Below are positions 1 to 9,446 of a stretch of DNA of 64,000 nt, piece after piece. Origin of the DNA: Hyphomicrobiales bacterium (lineage in GTDB: Bacteria; Pseudomonadota; Alphaproteobacteria; Rhizobiales; OSC116). The stretch's first letter is position 1; each line of letters begins with the position of its first letter. A program made the position numbers and the translations under genes. The stretch is taken from the NCBI GenBank assembly GCA_002401855.1, contig NVUH01000010.1, positions 19,009 through 83,008 on the forward strand. Reading direction: 5' to 3'. Below the pieces are notes generated by a model. It had not been told where the DNA came from. It saw only the letters and a program-made list of their open reading frames with translations, and made no database searches.

Positions 1-50
1 GTGATGTGATAATTGATCATATGTCCTTAGGTTCTGTAAGGAAGTTTAAA

Positions 51-176
51 ATGAAGATCAAAAATTCGATCAAATCACTTCGCGGTCGTCACCGTGATTG
101 CCGTGTGGTTCGCCGTCGCGGTCGTTTATATGTGATTAACAAAACAAATCCACGCTTTAAAGCGCGCCAAGGTTGA
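51..176 (+). CDS. rpmJ: 50S ribosomal protein L36
   Basis: 41-aa ORF below the track cut-off: [41 protein letters not shown]. This is the classic L36 sequence, and a terminator hairpin follows. Confidence 0.9.
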   Translation: MKIKNSIKSLRGRHRDCRVVRRRGRLYVINKTNPRFKARQG

Positions 177-207
177 TACGTCAATTTTGAATGCATGTAT
201 TATTTAG

Positions 208-239
208 AAGAACCAGTTTTGCTGGTTCTTTTTTTTTTT
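208..239 (+). terminator. Rho-independent terminator after rpmJ
   Basis: Stem aagaaccag / ctggttctt with a short loop, followed by a run of about 10 T. Confidence 0.75.
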
Positions 240-254
240 GAGATTTTTTTGTGC

Positions 255-290
255 AAAAAAGGCGGTTCAAATGGTTGAACCGCCTTTGTC
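255..290 (-). terminator. Rho-independent terminator after pyk (minus strand)
   Basis: Stem ggcggttcaa / ttgaaccgcc. On the minus strand it is followed by a T-rich tract and lies just downstream of the pyk stop at 315. Confidence 0.65.
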
Positions 291-314
291 TTATTTATTG
301 TATATCTTTCCAGC

Positions 315-1751
315 TTAATCGGCGCATTTGCCATTTTTGCCAATGGCAGCAATGCGTAACATGTTGGTTGTACCAGGGCGGCCATAAGGTATGCCCGCGG
401 TGATCACAATGTGATCGCCAAATTTTACCAAATCATGCTGATATGCGGTTTCGCACGCGTGGTTAATCATATCATTTTCATTGTTAAAGCTTTCGACAGG
501 CACGCTGTAAACGCCCCAAGTGAGCGATAGGTTGCGCGCAGTGGCTTTGCTTGGTGTCAGCGTTAGGATGCGGTTTTTAGGCCGCTCACGTGACACGCGT
601 GCGGCGGTTGCACCCGATTCGGTGTAACAGACAATGGCCGATAAGTTTAAAGTTTCGGCTACGGCATATACAGCGGCACTGATCGCGTCGGCAGAGGTTG
701 AATCGGCTTCGGTTTGATGGGCATATATAATGTCAGCATATAAAGGATCAATCTCAGCTTCATGCGCGATGTTGCTCATCATTTGTACAGCTTCTACAGG
801 GTAGGAACCAGCGGCTGATTCGGCCGATAACATCACCGCATCAGCGCCTTCATAAACAGCCGTTGCCACGTCAGAGACTTCAGCGCGGGTTGGCATGGGG
901 CTTTCAATCATGCTTTCTAGCATTTGAGTGGCGACAATTACTGGCTTGCCCGCTGTGCGCGAGGCGCGGGTGATGAGTTTTTGAATGCCAGGCAGTTGCT
1001 GAATGGGCAATTCAACACCCAAATCGCCACGTGCGACCATAATGCCATCCGATGATATGATAATCTCTTCAATGGCATCGACAGCTGCAGGTTTTTCGAT
1101 TTTGGCAATCACTTTGGCTTTGTCGCCGACAATGGCTTGCACGTCATCAACGTCACTGGCGCGTTGCACAAAGCTTAACGCAATGAAATCAATATCCAAT
1201 TTTAGTGCTGCTTCTAAATCAGCGTCATCTTTGGGGGTCATTGCGGTGACCGGCAACAATGTATCGGGTAAGCTCACGCCTTTGCGGTTTGAGATTACAC
1301 AATTATTCATCACTTTGGTGGTGATGATGTTGTTTTCAACCTTAGTGGCTTCTAAAATAATGCGGCCATCATCAAGCAATAATTTATGGCCTGCTTCAAC
1401 CGAACTTAGAATTTCGGGATGAGGCAGGTATACGCGTGTGGCGTCGCCTGGTTCTGGGTTGCCATCAAGTTGGAATGTTTGGCCTTTTTTAAGCTCGACT
1501 TTGTCGTCGACAAAGGTATCAACACGTAATTTAGGGCCTTGTAGATCGACCAAAATGCCAATTGGGTGGCCTGTTTTTGTCTCAACATTGCGAATGGCAG
1601 TGTAAAGCTCATTTAATTTTTTGTGGCTGGTGTGGCTCATATTGATGCGGAACGCGTCGGCGCCAGCAATGTTCAACTTTTCGATCATCTCTTCAGTGTC
1701 TGAAGCGGGTCCTAAAGTTGCCAATATTTTAATTCTACGATTTCGTTTCAT
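315..1751 (-). CDS. pyk: pyruvate kinase
   Basis: 478-aa ORF with typical PK motifs (KILATLGPAS, FRINMSHTSH, MVARGDLGVELP) and a C-terminal regulatory domain. Confidence 0.95.
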   Translation of the reverse strand: MKRNRRIKILATLGPASDTEEMIEKLNIAGADAFRINMSHTSHKKLNELYTAIRNVETKTGHPIGILVDLQGPKLRVDTFVDDKVELKKGQTFQLDGNPEPGDATRVYLPHPEILSSVEAGHKLLLDDGRIILEATKVENNIITTKVMNNCVISNRKGVSLPDTLLPVTAMTPKDDADLEAALKLDIDFIALSFVQRASDVDDVQAIVGDKAKVIAKIEKPAAVDAIEEIIISSDGIMVARGDLGVELPIQQLPGIQKLITRASRTAGKPVIVATQMLESMIESPMPTRAEVSDVATAVYEGADAVMLSAESAAGSYPVEAVQMMSNIAHEAEIDPLYADIIYAHQTEADSTSADAISAAVYAVAETLNLSAIVCYTESGATAARVSRERPKNRILTLTPSKATARNLSLTWGVYSVPVESFNNENDMINHACETAYQHDLVKFGDHIVITAGIPYGRPGTTNMLRIAAIGKNGKCAD

Positions 1752-1761
1752 CTGTAACCTA

Positions 1762-2205
1762 TTATTTATCAGGTGTTAATTTGAGTTCCCAGTTGGTCCA
1801 ATCGCCCGTATCTACCTCAGTAAAGCCAGTGCGACGATATCCTCGTAATTCGCAATCAGCTATACCATTAATGGTAAATTTTTCATTCTTCGTACACATA
1901 ACGGCTTCGCCGTCCCAATAGCCGCCTGTGCCTTCTTCAATTGCGTATACATAATAAAAGCGCGCAAATAAATCGCCTTCTAATATAGATTCGCATTCAT
2001 CTGGTTTGATGAGCCACCAGCCCTCGGTGGTCCAACCAGATTTTACTTTATAACCAATTGCGACATTTACATTGCTGCTTACATAATTGCAAATCTTTAA
2101 ATCAGCATAAGCTGGGGTTATAAATAACCAGCTCAGGCCTATAATGATGGCAATTTTTTTAAGGTTAAATGCAATCTTTAAATGTTCGTATAGTCTATGC
2201 ATCAT
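1762..2205 (-). CDS. DUF1036 family exported/membrane protein
   Basis: 147 aa with an N-terminal hydrophobic signal-like helix. The Cys-containing body matches my recollection of DUF1036, which often neighbours pyk in Alphaproteobacteria. Confidence 0.65.
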   Translation of the reverse strand: MMHRLYEHLKIAFNLKKIAIIIGLSWLFITPAYADLKICNYVSSNVNVAIGYKVKSGWTTEGWWLIKPDECESILEGDLFARFYYVYAIEEGTGGYWDGEAVMCTKNEKFTINGIADCELRGYRRTGFTEVDTGDWTNWELKLTPDK

Positions 2206-2433
2206 TTAATTATATGAGTCGCTTCGGTTTTTAAGATTCGTTCACATATCATAATAGAAGATAGCGCATATTGATAACATAAAATACAGCTTTAAACAAA
2301 TCATTCAGCCTTAAATGGTCGAGAGCCACTTTTGCTGAGAATAATGTTGATGATAATCAAATTTTTTGATGTCATTTTTATGGCAATGAATGTTATAATG
2401 GGTCAAATTTGGCTCATATTGAATTGGTTGAGA

Positions 2434-3198
2434 ATGACGCAGAACCGTGTTTTAGAAAATGAAGCTTTTGAAATTATTGATGGTGATTTTAAGCATGGTT
2501 TTTTGCTCATTGCCGACCATGCTAGCAATAGTATACCCATTGAATATAAAGGCTTAGGCTTAGATGATGAGCAGCTTAAACGCCATATTGCTTATGACAT
2601 TGGGGTTAAACAATTCACACTGCGGTTGGCTAAAAAACTCAATGTGCCTGCAGTGATGGGCAAATTTTCGCGGTTGTTGATAGACCCAAACCGCGGCATG
2701 AAAGACCCAACTTTGGTGATGCGGGTGTCGGATGGCAAGATTGTTGATGGCAATCGTGACATCACAGAAGAGGGTAAATTGGCACGGATTGAGCGGTTTT
2801 ATAAACCCTATGATGCGGCCATAAGCCATGCCATAAATCAGTTTGATGTGTATAATGTCAAACCGACTCTTTTGGCTATTCATAGTTTTACGCCTTATTG
2901 GCGTGGCCATAAGCGCGCAACAGAAGTGGGTTTGTTGTGGAATGAAGAGCAAGCTTTTACCACGCGCATTGTGGATGCGTTGCGGGATACAACCAATTAT
3001 GTTGTGCATGATAATCAGCCGTATCGTGGTGGCATGCCCGGTGACACGATGGATCGGCATGGCTTGGATAAAGGGTTAGAGCATAGTTTGCTTGAACTGC
3101 GCCAAGATTATATGGGTACAGAAGCTGGAATTGATGAATGGGTTGATATTTTTGCTGGCATATTGCCGCAAATTGTGAAAAATTATAAAAAACAGTGA
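2434..3198 (+). CDS. N-formylglutamate amidohydrolase (FGase) family protein
   Basis: ORF 2332-3198. FGase-family features include LLIADHASNSIP, LIDPNR and HSFTP. I prefer the in-frame ATG at 2434, because the upstream 34 codons begin at TTG and look non-coding. Confidence 0.75.
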   Translation: MTQNRVLENEAFEIIDGDFKHGFLLIADHASNSIPIEYKGLGLDDEQLKRHIAYDIGVKQFTLRLAKKLNVPAVMGKFSRLLIDPNRGMKDPTLVMRVSDGKIVDGNRDITEEGKLARIERFYKPYDAAISHAINQFDVYNVKPTLLAIHSFTPYWRGHKRATEVGLLWNEEQAFTTRIVDALRDTTNYVVHDNQPYRGGMPGDTMDRHGLDKGLEHSLLELRQDYMGTEAGIDEWVDIFAGILPQIVKNYKKQ

Positions 3199-3213
3199 TT
3201 GAATGGAAATATT

Positions 3214-3498
3214 ATGAGTGAGATGGATGTTGAAGGCTTGAATGATGGCGTGGGTTCATCAGGCGTGGCGCGTGATCGGTTGAAAACTTTTATCGAGCGT
3301 GTTGAGCGTTTGGAAGAAGAGAAAAAAGCCATTACGGATGATATGAAAGAAATATTCGCCGAAGCCAAAGGCGAAGGTTTTGATGTTAAAGTTATCCGCA
3401 TGATTATCCGCATCCGTAAACAGGATAGTAATGAGCGGGCTGAGCAAGAGGCGATATTGGATTTGTATCTGCATGCTCTTGGTATGGCTGATAGTTGA
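3214..3498 (+). CDS. gapR: DUF2312 nucleoid-associated protein (GapR-like)
   Basis: Close match to Caulobacter GapR as I remember it: [14 protein letters not shown]...[25 protein letters not shown]....EAILDLYL. I prefer ATG 3214 over TTG 3199. Confidence 0.8.
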   Translation: MSEMDVEGLNDGVGSSGVARDRLKTFIERVERLEEEKKAITDDMKEIFAEAKGEGFDVKVIRMIIRIRKQDSNERAEQEAILDLYLHALGMADS

Positions 3499-3513
3499 TA
3501 TGTAGATGACTTT

Positions 3514-3958
3514 TAAATGAGACTTCTAGAGAGTTGGCGGAAGTGTTGCTCTGTGTTGGCTGTAAAAAGAAAGTTGACTGGTAATTGAGGCTCTGGAAGT
3601 CTGCATTTTTACGCCCACCTTTCGGTGGGCTAGTGGCCCCTGCGGGCGCTTGCCTCCGCAAGCTTGCTAAGCCACTCAGCCGCTGGTCGGATGAGAATTC
3701 GGCATCCCAATCAACTACATTACGCTTAGTGAGCTTGAGTTTGGCGAAACTCTGCATTTTGGTGCGTCCCGCAGTTTCTGAATTTGTTGCTTGGTGCTAT
3801 ACTGCCTATCGTGGGAAAAGGGTCCGAAGCTTTAGGCTGAGGCAAGCGCGACTGCGCGTCGCCGTTAGGCGTGGCAAGAGAGCGGAGCGAACGCACGCTA
3901 GTGCTACTAGCTCACCGATAGGTGCGCGAAAAAAAGAGAGGCTGCGCCGAACGTAGAG
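3514..3958 (+). repeat. Intergenic mosaic repeat, locus A (one long unit)
   Basis: GC-rich block filling the convergent gapR/mepK-like spacer. It shares modules with 20430-21151 and 40449-40885: a 5' hairpin module, the ~100-nt core, a tail ...cattacgct...cgaaac...ggtgc...ttctgaatt, and gtggcaagagagcggagcgaacgcacgc...gccgaacgta. Confidence 0.85.
3590..3688 (+). repeat. Mosaic repeat core copy A (hairpin cluster)
   Basis: gctctggaagtctgcattttt-acgCCCACCtttcGGTGGGc-tagtgg-cccctgcgggc-GCTTGCctccGCAAGC-ttgctaagccactcagccgctggtc. It differs from 20651-20750 by 5 substitutions and 1 indel. Confidence 0.9.
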
Positions 3959-3960
3959 AT

Positions 3961-5061
3961 TCAGCCTTTTAAGAAAGGCTGAATATTCATATCGGGATAG
4001 GCGATTTTTTGGAAGCTGCCGATGAAGCGGTTGGTTCTTTGGTTGAGCAATCTATAGGCATCGGTTTCAGATAGGCCGATGGATATGGGGACTTCTAAGA
4101 ATTCTAGCTTGGGAAAATCGCGTGTTGGGAAGAATGATAGGTCCTGTTTGGTGGATAATTTGCTATTGACATCATCTGGCAAGAAAAATTCTTCCAATGA
4201 CAATATGTCGCCATCTTCTTCATCGGCGAATATAGAAGCCAGTAAGATTTGTTCGGTCAGTAGTTCTGGATCGCTTATAGATGGTTTTAACCGCGGTGCG
4301 CCAGGCGAAGTGATCGGTTTGGACGGCGTAAAGGGTTCGAAATTGGGCCTGTTCTCTGGCTTGGGCGCACTGGCCACCTCTATGCGTTTTGGTGCGGTGG
4401 GTATGGATTTTTTAATGTTAGATTTTGAGGCGAGGGTGGCGCTGGCGAGGATGGTTTTATAGCCCCCACTGGGTTTGCCACGCTTAAATAGAGCGGTTAA
4501 TTCGCTTTGCTTCATGCGCGGCCAATGGCGCTCGGTGCCCACATCGATATGCACGAAAGGGATGCGTGAGCGCGGATAATAGCCGACGCCGCCAGTGCGT
4601 TTTAATATGCCTGCCTCGCGCAATGCGCGCACGGAAACATCGGGAAAACGCACATCCATCGCTAAGCCGCGCATATGATTGGAATTTTTTGCGACACTTG
4701 TAGACTTGCGCCGTAATGCGGCGTTGGTTTTTGGCGAGCGATAGCCCGAAATGACTCTGATTTCACGTTTTGAGCCAAGGTCACGATGTAATTCCCATAA
4801 AACATCGATTAGTTTGGGGCTCATACGGGTTGATTCTTTAGCGCGCCAATCCCATACTACGCGGTTGATTTTCTGTAGGGCCGCAGGCACATAGCGGCCG
4901 TCTATTTTATAGGTGACAGTGATTTTTTGGTTGGTATTGATCATTAGCAGGCTAATGGTGCGGGTTTCGGCCTGTGCGTGATCTGAACCCATCTGGCCGA
5001 ATATTGCCAATGCCAGTATTGATATGGCTATCCATTTTGATTTTAGCTGTAAATAACTCAT
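3961..5061 (-). CDS. DUF882 / peptidase M15A family protein (YcbK/MepK-like murein endopeptidase)
   Basis: 366 aa with an N-terminal signal. Conserved DUF882 region: ISGYRSP.TN...........S.HM.G.A.D....DV and VGYYP...FVHIDVG. It is adjacent to an L,D-transpeptidase, as ycbK is next to ycbB in E. coli. Confidence 0.8.
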   Translation of the reverse strand: MSYLQLKSKWIAISILALAIFGQMGSDHAQAETRTISLLMINTNQKITVTYKIDGRYVPAALQKINRVVWDWRAKESTRMSPKLIDVLWELHRDLGSKREIRVISGYRSPKTNAALRRKSTSVAKNSNHMRGLAMDVRFPDVSVRALREAGILKRTGGVGYYPRSRIPFVHIDVGTERHWPRMKQSELTALFKRGKPSGGYKTILASATLASKSNIKKSIPTAPKRIEVASAPKPENRPNFEPFTPSKPITSPGAPRLKPSISDPELLTEQILLASIFADEEDGDILSLEEFFLPDDVNSKLSTKQDLSFFPTRDFPKLEFLEVPISIGLSETDAYRLLNQRTNRFIGSFQKIAYPDMNIQPFLKG

Positions 5062-5122
5062 AACTTTATAACTGCCTGATTCAAAGCCTTCGCGCTAAAG
5101 GTAAGCGAAAGGGTTTGCATAA

Positions 5123-5159
5123 TGGTTAACAAATCAACTTTACAGTCGTTTGTTAACCA
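5123..5159. repeat. 11-bp perfect inverted repeat between ldtD-like and mepK-like genes
   Basis: tggttaacaaa (5123-5133) and tttgttaacca (5149-5159) are separated by 15 nt. Function is unknown; an operator or an inter-cistronic hairpin are possibilities. Confidence 0.6.
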
Positions 5160-5218
5160 CCGATTGGCGTTTATAGGTTGATGATTTGGCTTTTTTATGG
5201 CGGGCTGAATAACAAAGC

Positions 5219-7339
5219 TTATTTTGAACTGATCATCACAGTTTTTAGGCTACTGATTTTATGCTTTTCGGCAATTTTTAGCAATATGTCTTTAACACCA
5301 AGGGCGCGTGCCACAGCTGCGTCGCGGTTATAAATATCGCGAAAATAGCTTATTTCGCCTTGTTCATTCATATTTGCAGTCATATATGTCATATAAACTG
5401 GGATTTTGGTTTTAAGGGCAAAATGTCGGTTTTTACCAGCGCTTACCAAGCCATCATATTTCTCTTGGCTCCAGCCCATGAGGTTTAATGCCAATAATTC
5501 GGGGTTTTGTACCCTGACACAACCATGGCTAAACGCACGGCTGGCACGGGCAAATAAGCTTTTTGATGGCGTGTCATGCATATAGATGGAATGGCGGTTG
5601 GGGAAGAGGAATTTAACCCGTCCCAAAGCGTTGCTGGCACCAGGTTTTTGGCGAATGCTAAATGGCACATAGCGTCTGTTGGCTTTGCTCCAATTTATAT
5701 TGCCTGACACTTGGTAATTATTGCGCGCCAAATAGGTAGGGTCAGTGTTAATTTTATTGCGCATTTCATTATAAATGATCGAGGCGGGAATGTTCCAATA
5801 AGGATTGACCACCACGGTGCGAATTTTATTATAGAAAATTGGCGTTTGATGTTTGTTTTTGCCAATGACCACCCGTGCGCTATGGGTCACTTTGGTGTCT
5901 TCATAAACCCGCACGCGGAACTCGGCTTGGTTGACCAATACATGTTTATAACCACGATCGTGCGGCATCCAGCGTTGGCGCTCTAGATTGACAAGCAGAG
6001 TTTTTAGATAATTTGGTTTTTGGTAATTCATCGCGTTAAGGGTATTGACACCGGCGATGCCATCAACAAATAAGTCATTGTCTTGTTGATAAGCTTTAAC
6101 GCTGGCAATGATGTCGGCATTTGCAACTTCAGGGTAGGTTGCATCAGCGGTTTTTTTGTAAAAACCTAATTGTTCCAGGCGCATGGCCAGTTTAATTACC
6201 CGTTTGGATTTAATGCCAGCTTTGAGCGATCTGCCAGCTGAGACAATGATGGCCTGTTCAATTTCTTCAGGTGAAATGTTGCTTTGTTTTTTAAATTCGG
6301 CCAATAATGCTTTAAATTGAGGGCTTTGCGGGTTTTGGGCTTCGAGCCAGCTTTGTAACTCACCTGGTTTTGACAGCATTTTGATGTTGTTTAAAATCAT
6401 GGCAGCAGGCGTGGCTTCTGGGTGCACGTCATTGTTGCGATCGACTGAAGACGGAATGGTTTGGCCAGCACTGGCGTGGCGGCTGTAAGCAAAGGCTACA
6501 TGGCTGAGTGCCATTTCTAATTTGGCATGGTTTAAGGCTAACTTGCTTAAGGCCTCGTCCTTGGCTAGCTGTTTTAGCTTTTCAGCCGAGCCGGGAATTT
6601 GCATCCAAGCGGGGTCAATTTTAGTCGATGCAGCGGCAATGAGTTGTTTTAACTCAGCCAATTTATAGCGGGCAGGGCGCAAGCCAAAATTTTCGGCGTT
6701 TTCAACAGTGGCTACAATTTCTTGGGCTTTGGACATGTTCAATACACTGTCAGTAAACCAGAATGATTTATAATTATTGAGAATGAGCTTGCGTTGCAGA
6801 GTTTTGCGCTCGGCTTTCCAGATTTTAACACCGTCTATAACTGAGGCGCTTTTGGCAAGTTTTTTTAGATTTTGCCGGGTGAGGCCATCTAATGCAGGCA
6901 ATGTATGCACAATATTGTGCAATTTATAAACCGTTAGCGGGTTTTTATTGGGCTTTATTGGGTTAAAGGCGATTTTTGGAAAATCGGCATATGCCATAAA
7001 GTTGGGTTGGACGCTGGTGGCAGCGCCTAAGGGGTTGATGAGGGCTTGGGTTTTATCTGCGGCCTCGGCGGCCTCTATTTTGGCGAGTTCAACAGCTTTT
7101 AGCGCAATGGCTAAGGCTCTTGCTTGGGTAGATTTTTTCGCCGCGATTTTTTCGGCTTCAGCTTTGGCTTTTTGGGCAGCAATGTCTGGCTGTTGGGCGC
7201 CAACTATAGCTGTTACTGTGGTTACTGCTTGGGGTGTCTGGGTGTTGTTTGCATCGCTAGCGGCATAGGTTGCATGACTTACTACAAATGATGAGGCAAT
7301 GATAATACTGCCCAACATAAATTTACTTTTTTGACTCAT
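5219..7339 (-). CDS. L,D-transpeptidase with PG-binding domain (YcbB/LdtD-like)
   Basis: 706 aa with a signal peptide. The YkuD catalytic region reads IYMHDTPSKSLF....RAFSHGCVRV, and a PG-binding-like repeat reads FVDGIAGVNTLNAMN. Confidence 0.85.
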   Translation of the reverse strand: MSQKSKFMLGSIIIASSFVVSHATYAASDANNTQTPQAVTTVTAIVGAQQPDIAAQKAKAEAEKIAAKKSTQARALAIALKAVELAKIEAAEAADKTQALINPLGAATSVQPNFMAYADFPKIAFNPIKPNKNPLTVYKLHNIVHTLPALDGLTRQNLKKLAKSASVIDGVKIWKAERKTLQRKLILNNYKSFWFTDSVLNMSKAQEIVATVENAENFGLRPARYKLAELKQLIAAASTKIDPAWMQIPGSAEKLKQLAKDEALSKLALNHAKLEMALSHVAFAYSRHASAGQTIPSSVDRNNDVHPEATPAAMILNNIKMLSKPGELQSWLEAQNPQSPQFKALLAEFKKQSNISPEEIEQAIIVSAGRSLKAGIKSKRVIKLAMRLEQLGFYKKTADATYPEVANADIIASVKAYQQDNDLFVDGIAGVNTLNAMNYQKPNYLKTLLVNLERQRWMPHDRGYKHVLVNQAEFRVRVYEDTKVTHSARVVIGKNKHQTPIFYNKIRTVVVNPYWNIPASIIYNEMRNKINTDPTYLARNNYQVSGNINWSKANRRYVPFSIRQKPGASNALGRVKFLFPNRHSIYMHDTPSKSLFARASRAFSHGCVRVQNPELLALNLMGWSQEKYDGLVSAGKNRHFALKTKIPVYMTYMTANMNEQGEISYFRDIYNRDAAVARALGVKDILLKIAEKHKISSLKTVMISSK

Positions 7340-7560
7340 TTTACCCTCATATACCTAAAAATCTACACAGGCCAGTGATAATCTAAATAATTTAATTTTT
7401 CGCAAAACTTTATGGTTAATATTAAAGTTGCAAGGTTAGATTAGATAACCAATTCGGACTTATAGCCTAATTTAGCTCATTGTTAATGGTTTATTCGTCC
7501 CCCCTCTGTAACTTTTTTGTGATTCGCTTATCTATTTGAAAAAGCTAATCATTCGCTAAC

Positions 7561-9144
7561 TTATTGCAGACCCAAATCGTTAACCTTTCTGTATAAGGTC
7601 GAGCGGCCAATGCCGAGTTTGCGTGCCACTTCAGACATGTGACCGCGATAACGATCCATTGCCATGCGGATCATATCGGCTTCAACATCTTCTAAACGGC
7701 GCATTTCTCCATTTTGTTCTATTGCAGCAATGCCTGATATTGAGTTTTGTGGTGCTTGCAGGTTATTGGGTATTAGATCGGGGATTTGCTGCCCAAACGC
7801 TTGGCTATGGGCGCGTTGCGGTATTAATTCTGGAACGCGGTTTTTGTGGTGGCTGGCTGCGCTATAATGGTGCGGAGACCCACCGATCATGGCGGGGCCT
7901 TGATGATAAATTGCATCAGTCAGATGCGGCGCCGGTGCTGCTGGTACTTGATTTTCATAGCCTTCTACATGCGCGGCAATTTGTGGGAAATCAGATATAT
8001 CAAGCTGGTTTTGATCGCATAAAATAATGGCGCGGAAAATGGTATTCTCAAGCTGCCGTACATTGCCAGGCCACGTATAATGCGCCATCATATCTAATGC
8101 TTGGGCGCTGATGCCAGAAATATTCTTGCCTTCTTCAACGGCGAAGCGGGTGATGAAATGCTGGGTTAAATCGCCAATGTCTTCCAATCGTTCGCGCAGT
8201 GGCGGGATGTGAATGGGGAAAACATTTAAGCGATAATATAAGTCTTCACGAAATTCACCTTGGGTGACGGCGGTGATCATGTCTTTATTGGTGGCAGAGA
8301 TTAGCTTTATATCAACCTTTATGGGGTGGTTGGAACCGACGGGCTCAACTTCGCCTTCTTGAATGGCGCGGAGTAATTTAACTTGTACATTTAGTGGCAA
8401 TTCGCCCACTTCATCTAAAAATAATGTGCCTTGATCGGCCTCGACAAATTTGCCGATTTGTTTGCTAGTTGCACCGGTAAAAGAGCCTTTTTCGTGGCCA
8501 AACAGTATGGATTCTACCAGATTTTCAGGTATCGCGCCGCAATTGACGGTGATGAAAGGTTTGCCAGAACGGGCGGATGAGCCTTGAATGGCGCGGGCGA
8601 TGACTTCTTTGCCGACGCCGCTTTCGCCTTCAATGAGGATCGGAATGTTGCTTTGCGCGCCTTTTAAGCCGAGGGCTTTGACCCGATCCATCGCGGGGCT
8701 TGAGGCTATCAAATCATTAAATGTAAAGCGCCCGAGAGATTTTTTATTAATGCGGTTAATCTCTTTGTGTAGCTGTTTGGTTTCCAGTGCATTCTTAATG
8801 GAGATTAAGATTCGCTCGGTGCTGGCGGGTTTGACCATAAAGTCCTTGGCGCCTTTTTGCATGGCTTTGACAATGGTATCAATGCCACCTTGGGCGGTTT
8901 GCACAATGGTTGGAATGTTCATGCCGGCGCTCGACATTCTGTCGAGCAAAGCAAAGCCATCCAATTCAGGCATCATCAAATCCAACACCATTACATCGGG
9001 TTTAAAATCGGGCTGTTGTAACATGGCCCATGCTTCTGGGCCACCTTCTGCTAATGAAATGTTATAATTTTCACGACCGATGACTTGTTGTAAAATGCGT
9101 CTTTGGGTCGGGTCATCATCTACAATAAAAATTGTGTTTGCCAT
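7561..9144 (-). CDS. sigma-54-dependent response regulator (NtrC/TacA-type enhancer-binding protein)
   Basis: Receiver domain with a phospho-acceptor Asp (VMVLDLMMPELDG). AAA+ core with GESGVGKE, GSFTGA (a GAFTGA variant) and FREDLYYRLNV. C-terminal Fis-type HTH (RSTLYRKV). Confidence 0.9.
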   Translation of the reverse strand: MANTIFIVDDDPTQRRILQQVIGRENYNISLAEGGPEAWAMLQQPDFKPDVMVLDLMMPELDGFALLDRMSSAGMNIPTIVQTAQGGIDTIVKAMQKGAKDFMVKPASTERILISIKNALETKQLHKEINRINKKSLGRFTFNDLIASSPAMDRVKALGLKGAQSNIPILIEGESGVGKEVIARAIQGSSARSGKPFITVNCGAIPENLVESILFGHEKGSFTGATSKQIGKFVEADQGTLFLDEVGELPLNVQVKLLRAIQEGEVEPVGSNHPIKVDIKLISATNKDMITAVTQGEFREDLYYRLNVFPIHIPPLRERLEDIGDLTQHFITRFAVEEGKNISGISAQALDMMAHYTWPGNVRQLENTIFRAIILCDQNQLDISDFPQIAAHVEGYENQVPAAPAPHLTDAIYHQGPAMIGGSPHHYSAASHHKNRVPELIPQRAHSQAFGQQIPDLIPNNLQAPQNSISGIAAIEQNGEMRRLEDVEADMIRMAMDRYRGHMSEVARKLGIGRSTLYRKVNDLGLQ

Positions 9145-9446
9145 ATATAATCTACTCAGTACAATTGCGGCTTTTGGCCAAATATCGTGTCATTTTGAGC
9201 AGAAAATATTAACAGAGTGTGAAGGCTCTGTTTCCAATTGAGACCGTTTAGGCCTAATATTAACCATTAAAATATGGTTATTTCGGCTAATTATTTGATT
9301 TTATAGAGTTAAAATTTAGCTATTTGACGGATTGTCATTAATGGGTTGCTCGCTTAAAACTACTATATTGGTTTATAAAGAGTTAATATATTTACAGGCT
9401 TGTAGTTTTGGTAAAGTGCGATAAACTCAGCGCTCAATAAAAGTAA

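Noticed and set aside
3404-3956. Track ORFs inside the mosaic repeats that share peptide strings such as LWKSAFLR and SPPKGGRKNA.FQS. They are 3585-3956 (+), 3404-3757 (-), 20426-20713 (-), 20691-20891 (-), 21047-21295 (-) and 40500-40760 (+).
   Set aside because: The similarity is explained by DNA repetition. Indels between copies shift the frames, there are no RBSs, and the composition is Arg/Ala/Pro-rich as expected for GC-rich non-coding DNA. The substitutions that do occur preserve base pairing rather than codons.
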